Below are positions 27,840 to 36,370 of a stretch of 64,000 bases of DNA, piece after piece. The first letter of the stretch is position 1. Each line of letters opens with the position of its first letter. The DNA comes from an uncultured Fibrobacteria bacterium (lineage in GTDB: Bacteria; Fibrobacterota; Fibrobacteria; UBA11236): the NCBI GenBank assembly GCA_963716395.1, contig OY970309.1, forward strand, positions 1,024,001 to 1,088,000. Reading direction: 5' to 3'. The position numbers and the translations under genes were made by a program. The notes below the pieces were generated by a model that saw only the letters and a list, made by a program, of their open reading frames with translations, was not told the DNA's origin and made no database searches.

Positions 27840-29801
27840 TCAAAAACGATAGGCCAGTTTGCCGGCGAAAGAGCGGGGAATTCTCTGGCCGACGGTGGTG
27901 CCCAACTGAAATTGGGGATCCTCGTCATTGCCCAAATTGTACCCGTACACCGAAGCTTCGAGGTGATCGTGGGTCCAGGCCAGGCCGGCGTCATAGGTGA
28001 AGCGGGCCGGCACATGCGGATTGGGGAGGCTGGCTACGTAGTAACCGTCGCCGTTCAATTGAAAGCCCGCGGGTAAGTCCATCATGGATTGCAGCGAAGC
28101 CTGATGCGATGGATCATTCGCCTCGCCCAGGGGATTGGCGAAGTCCGTCACACCGGGATTCGCCCAGAAATGGGTTTTCAGAAAGTTGTAGCCCGCGCGC
28201 AGGCGCCACCACGAGGTGGCCTGAAATTCGCCCGAGAGTTCGATGCCGCGCGAATTTCCCTCGAGTCCGTTTTTGAATTGAATGGTGGGCGGACTGAGGG
28301 CGGTCAGCTCCCAAGTACGGAGATCATGGTAACGATTGTAATAGGCGGAAGCGGAAAACGAGAGCGACGGTAATGGTTGCGCGCGGTAACCCAACTCGTA
28401 GGCCAGCAATTTTTCCGCCTGGAATTCCGGGCCTCCGGCCAGGCGGGGAACGGAGGCGGGCACGGGCGGCGTGGGTGCGTAGTAGTCGACGTCGATGCGG
28501 CTCGGAGTTCGCACCGCACGCGAAACCGCGCCCCACACCATTTGCCGCGCATTAAGGGTCCACGCCAGTCGCGTCGACGGCTGGAGATTGAAACCATCAT
28601 AATCTTCGTGCTCCAGCTTGGATCCCAATGTCGCCTTGAGCCGATCCGGAACCAAGGAAATCTCATCCTGAACAAAGACATTGAAGATGTGCAAATCTTT
28701 GCGGCCGGGCAAAAACGAGAAGTAGGCGAAATTCGTGACGTCGTCCTGCATCAGGCGGTATCCCGCCCCCCACATCAGATTCTGGCCGGGAAGCAATTCG
28801 AAACGATGGTGAAAATCGATATCGTAGGTTTTTAAATCTTCGGTGAAGGCCGACGCCGAATCCAAAGCGGCCTTGCGCCAGGTGTGGTCGAAGTACACCT
28901 GCAATTGCATATCCGCCCGGGGCGAAAATTTGCGCACCCAGCGCCCGATCACGTTTTGTCCGTTCAAGTCCACGAAACCGGAGCCGGGCTGATCGATAGA
29001 CCCGTCGTATAAATCTCCCTGCGCCGTGAGGTTGTCGGCTTCGGAGCGTCCCCAATCCATACGAAAACCGCCTTGCGTCACGCCGATGCCGTTGGCGCCG
29101 TCTTTCCCGTTGGGCAGCAAGGTGCCGTCTTGATCGATGCGCTGGCCATAAACCCGGTATTGGGCGTTCGGGCCCAGGCGTCCGCCGAATTGCGTTTGGC
29201 CGAAATCACGCTCGAAGTTGCCGCCGCCGCCCTCCAAGGCAAATCCCTGTGTGTCTTTCGCTTTCTTGGTGATGATGTTAATCACGCCGTTGACGGCATT
29301 GCTGCCCCACAGCGTGCCGCCGGGTCCGCTGATCACTTCGATGCGATCCACGTCTGCCAGCGGTACGTATTGGGCGTCCCAAAAAACGCCCGAATACAAC
29401 GGGGTATAAACGGTGCGGCCGTCGATCAGCACCAGCAGCTTGTTGGCGGCATTGCTGTTGAAACCGCGCGCGCTAATGGCCCAGGTGCGTGAATCGATTT
29501 GCGCCACTTCGAGGTTCGAGGCCAGGCGCAAGGCCTGCGGCAAGGTCACGGCTCCCGAGCGCCGGATGTCTTCGGCCGTGATGACCTGGATCGCCGAAGG
29601 GGCTGCGCTCAGTTTTTCCGCATGTTTGGAAACCGACGTCACCTTGATGTTCATCAGATCCTCGAGGCTCATTTGTTTGAGCGCTTCGGCCGCCGGCAAG
29701 GTATCGGCGCTCTGGGACCACGCTCCCTGCAAGGCGGCCGCCAAGACCACCACATTGTGGATCGCCAGCTTTTTTCGGAGCGGGAAAAAGGGGTTTTCCA
29801 T
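27840..29801 (-). CDS. TonB-dependent receptor
   Basis: SLEDLMNIKVTSVSK, plug motifs LVLIDGR and RIEVISGP..LWG.NA.NGVINIITK, terminal Phe. Confidence 0.93.
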   Translation of the reverse strand: MENPFFPLRKKLAIHNVVVLAAALQGAWSQSADTLPAAEALKQMSLEDLMNIKVTSVSKHAEKLSAAPSAIQVITAEDIRRSGAVTLPQALRLASNLEVAQIDSRTWAISARGFNSNAANKLLVLIDGRTVYTPLYSGVFWDAQYVPLADVDRIEVISGPGGTLWGSNAVNGVINIITKKAKDTQGFALEGGGGNFERDFGQTQFGGRLGPNAQYRVYGQRIDQDGTLLPNGKDGANGIGVTQGGFRMDWGRSEADNLTAQGDLYDGSIDQPGSGFVDLNGQNVIGRWVRKFSPRADMQLQVYFDHTWRKAALDSASAFTEDLKTYDIDFHHRFELLPGQNLMWGAGYRLMQDDVTNFAYFSFLPGRKDLHIFNVFVQDEISLVPDRLKATLGSKLEHEDYDGFNLQPSTRLAWTLNARQMVWGAVSRAVRTPSRIDVDYYAPTPPVPASVPRLAGGPEFQAEKLLAYELGYRAQPLPSLSFSASAYYNRYHDLRTWELTALSPPTIQFKNGLEGNSRGIELSGEFQATSWWRLRAGYNFLKTHFWANPGVTDFANPLGEANDPSHQASLQSMMDLPAGFQLNGDGYYVASLPNPHVPARFTYDAGLAWTHDHLEASVYGYNLGNDEDPQFQLGTTVGQRIPRSFAGKLAYRF

Positions 29802-29954
29802 TTCAGAATCCCTCGGGAAGGTGCTGTGTCGGTAAGCATACCGCCTTCCGAGACAAAATGTCAAAACCGTCTTGCTGGAATTTCGGAGCCGGAATGGATA
29901 ACCTTCATGTTACCCTGAGGGTAGACGAGGTCACATAACTGAGAGGATAAATGA

Positions 29955-30014
29955 TACGCGGTTTCGTGGTGCACCTCGAGGGATTCGAACCCCCAACCCT
30001 TGGCTTCGAAGGCC
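29955..30014. repeat. att site: duplicated 3' part of tRNA-Arg(UCG) plus 12 bp
   Basis: TACGCGGTTTCGTGGTGCACC...CTTCGAAGGCC is identical to 41430-41489. Confidence 0.96.
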
Positions 30015-30052
30015 GAAAGGGGGTGCAAAAAATCGCGTGATTCCGGTTAGAT

Positions 30053-31135
30053 TCAGCAAACTTTTGCCGCTCCAACCTCGATAGTGTCCACTTGGCGTCC
30101 ACTACCCAATCCAAATCTTACCAACCCCAAAGCATTTTTGCCAGCGCGATGGTAGTACGTCTTCAGCATGTTGGTTCGCCATCCCGCCACTTGCATCACA
30201 ACTTGTTCGGGGGTGCCAGCGTCAAGCAGCGCCGACGCGGAAACATGCCTTGTGTCGTGGAATCGGAAGTCTTGAATCCCGGCCAGCCGAAGACACCTTT
30301 TCCATGCCGTCTTGAAATCCCCTAACGGGTGGTAGGTCCCTTTTTCGAAACGGTAAAAGAGATAAGGGGAGTCGGCGGGAATACCCCGGAAATAGTCCTT
30401 CATATCCGGCGGAACAGGTTTCCAAATGCCTTCCTGGTTTTTAGTGGTCCCATTGCGAACCCGTATAGCCATGTTGAACAAATCCAAATCCTCTTTTCGC
30501 ATGCGGATCAATTCCGACTTCCGGCAAGGAACTTGCAAGGCAAAACGAACAATGGGGCCAAGGTGCGGAGCCTCCGCGTCGATAATGTTTTGAAGCCGCA
30601 TCTTATCGTATTCCGTCAAAACCCTATCCCTTGGAACCTCCCGATGTTTAGGGAAGCGCGCGCGTGTAATGGGGTTTTTGTCCAATAATTCGAGCCGAAC
30701 GCAGAGATTGAAAGCCGCATTGACCATTTGCATGAGACGGTTCAGGCTGGCCAGGGAAAGGGGTTTGTGAAGCCGGGAGGGATTGGAGCGGAGAATTTTT
30801 AAAAGGGATTCCAGCCTATCGGGAAGGGCCGGAATGGGAACATCGCCCAAATGCTGGCGAAGTTGATTGTAGCGGCAAAGGTGGGGAACTGAAAATGGTG
30901 GGCTTTTTTCCCGGTAGATTTGCAGAACATCGCCGAAGGTATCCGGCTTGTGCGGGGAAATAAAGGCCGCACCTTCTTTTAGCTCGCGGCGAAGTTCTAG
31001 GAAACGCTCCTCCGCCTTGGGTTTGGTGCCGTGAAAGGTTTCGCGCTTGCGAAGTTCTTTGCCCGCCTTGCGGACGCGAACATCAAGTGACCATTCGTTA
31101 GAAGAACCGGAGATTTTCCGAATGTTGAGACCCAT
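30053..31135 (-). CDS. int: Tyrosine recombinase/integrase
   Basis: Catalytic set CRKSEL, TTKN, FHDTRH, GW, YY; start at 31135 (AAGGA SD 6 nt upstream) or 31141. Confidence 0.95.
   Translation of the reverse strand: MGLNIRKISGSSNEWSLDVRVRKAGKELRKRETFHGTKPKAEERFLELRRELKEGAAFISPHKPDTFGDVLQIYREKSPPFSVPHLCRYNQLRQHLGDVPIPALPDRLESLLKILRSNPSRLHKPLSLASLNRLMQMVNAAFNLCVRLELLDKNPITRARFPKHREVPRDRVLTEYDKMRLQNIIDAEAPHLGPIVRFALQVPCRKSELIRMRKEDLDLFNMAIRVRNGTTKNQEGIWKPVPPDMKDYFRGIPADSPYLFYRFEKGTYHPLGDFKTAWKRCLRLAGIQDFRFHDTRHVSASALLDAGTPEQVVMQVAGWRTNMLKTYYHRAGKNALGLVRFGLGSGRQVDTIEVGAAKVC
30084..30102. promoter_or_regulatory. Putative integrase arm-type binding sites (left)
   Basis: GTGTCCAC-TTG-GCGTCCAC; the same octamer pair occurs at 41323-41341. 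Confidence 0.7.
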
Positions 31136-31174
31136 AGCCATTCCTTAGCTATGGGTGCCCTGGGCAGGCTCTTC
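31130..31174 (-). promoter_or_regulatory. int leader: 9-bp hairpin over the start codon plus a segment complementary to 41282-41302
   Basis: ACCCATAGC/GCTATGGGT perfect inverted repeat with the SD in the loop. Confidence 0.65.
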
Positions 31175-31205
31175 TAACATAATCCAAAATCCCCGAAAGT
31201 GAAAA

Positions 31206-31418
31206 TCATTTTTCCAAAAGAAATTTTCCGGCAAGAAGACGCTTTTCGACTTCGACGCGCCGGTATCGCCAAAGTCGCCCGACCTTCACTTGGCCCGGCA
31301 CGCGCCGGGCCTGGGTTTGGGTCACCACGAATTTGAGGGACATATTCATTTTGGCGGCTAATTCCTTCGGGGTTAAAAAATCCGAAGCGTTCATTTGCGC
31401 CGGTTCCATTTGTTCCAT
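31206..31418 (-). CDS. Excisionase/AlpA-like HTH protein
   Basis: FLTPKELAAKM...VPGQVKVGRLWRY; GGAGG SD; directly upstream of int. Confidence 0.85.
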   Translation of the reverse strand: MEQMEPAQMNASDFLTPKELAAKMNMSLKFVVTQTQARRVPGQVKVGRLWRYRRVEVEKRLLAGKFLLEK

Positions 31419-31420
31419 TT

Positions 31421-32188
31421 CTATTCCTCCGCCGTTTCAGTTTTAAGCCATGATTTTTTAAAGGTCAAAGTGCCGCCGTTCTCCAACACCCGTTTTTCCA
31501 ATTCCGATTTTAATGCAATGAAATCAATGTTTTTGCGGAATACCCAAACGGATAGGCCAGAAGAATTAGCCCGTTTCTCAAGCCAACCTTCGGGACTAAT
31601 CACCTTGTCGAAATATCGCTGGGTTACTTTCGGGCTACCATGACCTATTTGGCGGGTTAGAAATTCCGCGCCGGAATTTACGGCCTCTTCTTGGGTTGAT
31701 CCCCCTTGCCCACCAACATGCTGGAAAAGCCAAAGGCGGAAATAGGCATCCATCAATCTTGAATTAGGGATTGAAACGGATTCCTCCCTATGGGTGAAAG
31801 GATTTCCGGTACTATTTCTCTCTACTTTAGAAGGGGAATCGGCCAATGGAGTCACCCGGCCAGCCTTTTCCCCCTCCCTCTCCCCCTGAGTCACTAGGGA
31901 ACCGGAGGCAAGGGTTTTGGCCGCGCTGGCAAGGTATCCGGGCAGGGTTTCGGCTGTCAGTAGGCGGCACCTGGAGCGCGCCCGATTACCTTCAGCCGAA
32001 TTACAGGCCCGGCAAAGAAGGTGAAGGTTTTCCAAACGGTTATTTTGCTTGCTGCCGTCCAGGTGGTCAAGGGTTCTTTCCCTTGGCTTGAACTGGGTTT
32101 TATGGCATAGCAGGCAAATATCGCCATCGCGGTGAATGACAGAATCCAAAAGCGTCCGATAAAGTTTGATATTCATGCGCTTAGGCAT
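31421..32188 (-). CDS. HNH-endonuclease-domain protein with unknown C-terminal domain; start uncertain
   Basis: RDGDICLLC...TLDHLDG...NNRLENLHLLCRACN. Confidence 0.8.
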   Translation of the reverse strand: MPKRMNIKLYRTLLDSVIHRDGDICLLCHKTQFKPRERTLDHLDGSKQNNRLENLHLLCRACNSAEGNRARSRCRLLTAETLPGYLASAAKTLASGSLVTQGEREGEKAGRVTPLADSPSKVERNSTGNPFTHREESVSIPNSRLMDAYFRLWLFQHVGGQGGSTQEEAVNSGAEFLTRQIGHGSPKVTQRYFDKVISPEGWLEKRANSSGLSVWVFRKNIDFIALKSELEKRVLENGGTLTFKKSWLKTETAEE

Positions 32189-32341
32189 TGTATTCGCCCC
32201 CATGCTCTCTTGTGTTAAACATGACCACAATCAACCATCAAGAGGCCGGAAGTGCGATACCATGGCGGTTGATGTACCGACATCTATCGCTCTTTAAATT
32301 GCCCTGGGAGGCTACTATTGCAGGGTAATTGGGAGTATGAA

Positions 32342-33205
32342 ATGGACGATGCAATAGAGGACAGCGCAAATAAAGAAAGTCTTACCGAGACAGGAAAAAA
32401 ACTGAGCAAGGAAGAGCTCTATAAAAGATATCATGACATCCCCGATGGTTTTTCGGATTGGGTGTATTGGTTTGTTGACCGAACGGATGAAAAAGCAAAG
32501 GAACTTGTAGACATTCTTTTCAAGAGGTTTTATGAGGCTGAGTATTCCAGCCCTGAGCAAGAGGAAAAAGCCGGGAAAAAATTCGACTCGGATTTTGACG
32601 AGAACATTTTGGCGCATTGGAAAAATGCGCGTTTCAATTTTGAATTAACCGTCCTTTATAGGATGAAGCAAGAACGGAAGTTTCTATTTGGAACCGAGGA
32701 TTTTATTTGGGGCAAAGCCTTCCTTGAAAAGAAGGTGCAATGGTGTCAAGACAGCATTGAAAACAAGAAAAAGAATGCGGGCCAAATCGGCCTTGACGGA
32801 AATACTTTACGTTCCCGGATGAAATGGCGCGGGTACAATGCGGCATTTGTTTCGTTTTTGAATTACTTGGCTGAGAAGCAACTGATTGATCCAAATTGGG
32901 TAAACGTATCAGAAGGTTCGGCGGTTGAAAAAGCGGATACGAAAATCATTTGGCGCGGAAAGGAAAATCAATTGGCCGTCTTATTCCAATGGCTTGCCGC
33001 GATTAGCCCGCCGATGATAACCGAAGACTGGCAGCAAATCGCAAGTACAAATTTTGAAAAGCCCGACGGAAAGCCCATTTCAAAAAATCTCTCCAAGTTG
33101 GCGGGGAACAAGAACGGGCGGAAGCTAAACGAGTGGTTTAAAGAAACGACTAGCAAATTAAATTCCGTTCTTGGGCGAAAGCAAAATCTTGTCCCCGAAA
33201 GTTGA
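32342..33205 (+). CDS. Hypothetical protein with two RteC-like W.G repeats
   Basis: GGGAG SD; MKWRGYNAAFVSFLNYL and IIWRGKENQLAVLFQWL repeats. Confidence 0.55.
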   Translation: MDDAIEDSANKESLTETGKKLSKEELYKRYHDIPDGFSDWVYWFVDRTDEKAKELVDILFKRFYEAEYSSPEQEEKAGKKFDSDFDENILAHWKNARFNFELTVLYRMKQERKFLFGTEDFIWGKAFLEKKVQWCQDSIENKKKNAGQIGLDGNTLRSRMKWRGYNAAFVSFLNYLAEKQLIDPNWVNVSEGSAVEKADTKIIWRGKENQLAVLFQWLAAISPPMITEDWQQIASTNFEKPDGKPISKNLSKLAGNKNGRKLNEWFKETTSKLNSVLGRKQNLVPES

Positions 33206-33270
33206 ATTAAAGGCTTTTTCTAAAATCCTACTTAGAATTGTGACGCCATAAAATCCGAGAACAATAACCC

Positions 33271-35561
33271 ATGCCCCGACTGACTGAAACCGAACAGCAA
33301 GAAATCATCCGCTTCGTTGAAGCCGGAAAACCCCTGCCCGACAAATACCGCTTTCTGCTATTCGACGACAAACGCGAGGTGGAACTGATTTGGAACGGCA
33401 AAACCAACGAGGTTTGCAATATCGTTTTGCCCTTCCAGGTAATCGAGCAGGTGGACGAACCCCGCGCCGAAAAGCCCGAAGACACCAAGCAACAAACCGA
33501 CATTTTCGCCACCGATGCGCGGGGCCGTCAACTCAAGGGTTGGACGAACAAACTCATTTGGGGCGACAACAAATTGATCTTGTCGTCGTTAAAAAACGGG
33601 CCGCTACGCGATGAAATCGAAAAGCAAGGCGGGCTTAAACTCATTTACATCGACCCGCCTTTTGACGTGGGCGCGGATTTTTCAATGGACATTGAAATCG
33701 GCGACGATACTTTCACCAAGAAGCCCGGCATCTTGGAAGAGATCGCTTACCGTGACACTTGGGGCAAAGGCGCGGATTCTTTCATCTCTATGATTTATGA
33801 GCGGCTGATGATTATGCGGGATTTGCTGGCGGAAGATGGAAGCATTTATGTGCATTGCGATTATCGCGTGAATAGTCTTATTCGTGCGGTTCTTGAATGA
33901 AATCTTCGGGAGTTCAAATTTCCGTAAATGAAATAATTTGGAAACGTACGTGTTGGTGCTACAGCGCGGTTCATGAATCGAATAGATTCGGGATTTGTAC
34001 CGATACGATTCTTTATTTCTCAATATCTGAAAAATCGAATCTAAATGTTCAGTACAATCTCAATTCAAATGAATATCAGGAATATATTGAAACCAGGTTT
34101 ACAAACATTGATTCGAATGGTCGGAACGTTATCAGCCAACAAGTGTGGTCAATCCTGGATATCGGCCGAATCTCATATACGATTATAAAGGCTATAAATC
34201 CCCACCAAATGGTTGGATGATTTCCAAAGAAAAAATGGAGAATGGGATCGCGAAGGTCGACTTCACTTTCCTGAAAACAAGGACGCAAGAATTCGCCGAA
34301 AAAGTTTTACTGATGAACTCAAGGGTATGCCTATTCAAAATCTTTGGACGGATATTTCCGAAATCAATTCGCAAGCTATCGAGAGAATTAATTACCCCAC
34401 CCAAAAGCCCGAAACCCTTCTTGAACGATCATCAAATCATCTTCAAACAAGGCGATCTTAGTTGCCGATTTCTTCTGCGGCTCCGGCACCACGGCGGCGG
34501 TGGCGGAAAAGTTGGGGCGCAAGTGGATCACAAGCGACCTCGGCAAGTTCGCCATCCACACCACCCGCAAGCGATTGATCGGCGTACAGCGTGAACTCAA
34601 GGCCGCTGACAAAGATTACCGTGCTTTTGAAATCCTCAACCTGGGAAAATACGAACGCCAGCATTATATCGGCGTCAATCCCAACCTCCGCGAAGAAGAA
34701 CAGCAAAAGCAATTGGCGGCAAAAGAAAAAGAATTTCTTGATCTGATTCTCCGCGCCTACCGGGCCGAAAAAACCGAAGGGTTCACCACCTTCCACGGCA
34801 AGAAAGCCGGGCGGCTGGTTTCCGTGGGGCCGGTCAATATGCCGGTGACGCGCCTTTTTGTGGAAGAGATAATTCTGGAATGCCGCAAGAAGCATATCAC
34901 CAAGGTGGACATTCTCGGCTTTGAATTTGAAATGGGATTATTCCCCAATGTGCTGGACGAAGCCCGCGCCAAGGGCATCGACATCGCCCCCAAATACATT
35001 CCCGCCGAAGTGTTCGACAAGCGGGCCGTGGAAAAGAACCAAGTGGTTTTTCACGATGTTTCCTTTATCGAAGTAAAACCGCATGTCAAAAAGAACGGCG
35101 TGGCGGTGGAATTAACCGACTTCTCGGTTTTTTATTCGCAAGACTCCATCGCAGCCGCCGAAACTTCGCTCAAGGAAAAGGCCAGCAAAATCGTGGTGGA
35201 AAAAGGCCAAATCGTGAAGGTAAGCAAAGACAAGAACGGCATTGTCAGCCGCGAAGTGCTGACCCCGAAATGGACGGATTGGATCGATTATTGGTCGGTG
35301 GATTTCGACTTCGAGAGCAAGCGCGAAATCGTGCGCGTGAAAAACGAGCAAAGCGGCGAATGGGAAGAGCGCTGGACGGGCGATTACATCTTTGAAAACG
35401 AATGGCAATCCTTCCGCACCAAAAAAGATCGCAAGTTGGAACTCACCAGCGTCTTTCACGAATGCGATCCCGGACGGCGCAAGCTGGCCGTCAAGGTGGT
35501 GGACATTTTCGGCAACGACACCATGACCATAGTCGAAGTGAACGTGGGCGGGAAAAAATAA
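33271..35561 (+). pseudogene. Type III RM-like DNA methyltransferase (Mod), multiply frameshifted between about 33890 and 34470
   Basis: LIWGDN, YIDPPF (motif IV), EIIWKR, YPTQKPE, DFFCGSGTT (motif I) spread across different frames. Confidence 0.88.
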
Positions 35562-36370
35562 TGGCGAAAATCGAAGTCCAGGGCACAGAAATATCCATCA
35601 TCAACGTGAACAACCACGACTATATCTCGCTAACGGACATGCTCAAGGCCAAGGACGGAGATTTCTTTATCTCTGACTGGCTCCGGAACCGGAACACGGT
35701 GGAGTTTCTCGGTATTTGGGAAAGGGTGTATAACCCGAATTTTAATTATGGCGAATTCGCCGTAATTAGAAATCAAGCCGGTTTGAACAGCTACAAAGTC
35801 AGCGTCAAAGAATGGGTCGAGAAAACCGGGGCCATTGGACTAAAGGCAACCGCCGGACGGTATGGCGGTACTTACGCGCACAAGGACATAGCCTTTGAAT
35901 TCGGCATGTGGATCAGCGCCGAGTTCAAAATTTATCTGATAAAAGAATTTCAACGGCTTAAAGAAGAAGAAGGCAAACAACTCGGCTGGGACATCCGGCG
36001 CACCCTGGCCAAAATCAATTACCGGATTCACACCGACGCCGTCAAAGAAAATTTGATTCCTTTGGAGCTGACTCCCCGACAGATGAACTTGATTTACGCA
36101 TCGGAAGCCGACGTGTTGAACATGGCCCTGTTCGGTACAACCGCGAAGGTTTGGAGGGATAAAAATCCGGGTCAAAAGGGGAATATCCGGGACTACGCGA
36201 ACATAACCCAGCTTGTTTGTCTCTCCAACCTGGAAAACCTAAACGCCCTGTTCATTCAGGAAAAAATGCCGCAAGCAGATAGACTGCGTAAGCTGAACCA
36301 AATCGCCATCCATCAAATGAAACTTTTAACCGAAGATCCGAAAATCGGAAAAATTGCGGGGAAGAAATAA
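35561..36370 (+). CDS. KilA-N domain protein
   Basis: DYISLTDM, WLRNRNTVEFLGIWE, GRYGGTYAHKDIAFEF motifs; TAATG coupling on both sides. Confidence 0.9.
   Translation: MAKIEVQGTEISIINVNNHDYISLTDMLKAKDGDFFISDWLRNRNTVEFLGIWERVYNPNFNYGEFAVIRNQAGLNSYKVSVKEWVEKTGAIGLKATAGRYGGTYAHKDIAFEFGMWISAEFKIYLIKEFQRLKEEEGKQLGWDIRRTLAKINYRIHTDAVKENLIPLELTPRQMNLIYASEADVLNMALFGTTAKVWRDKNPGQKGNIRDYANITQLVCLSNLENLNALFIQEKMPQADRLRKLNQIAIHQMKLLTEDPKIGKIAGKK

Noticed and set aside
29967-30014. Apparent third tRNA gene
   Set aside because: Only the 3' part is present, with no D arm or 5' acceptor strand; it is the att duplication.
33271-35561. Phase-variable mod (phasevarion)
   Set aside because: No simple-sequence repeat tract; the indels are scattered single bases.
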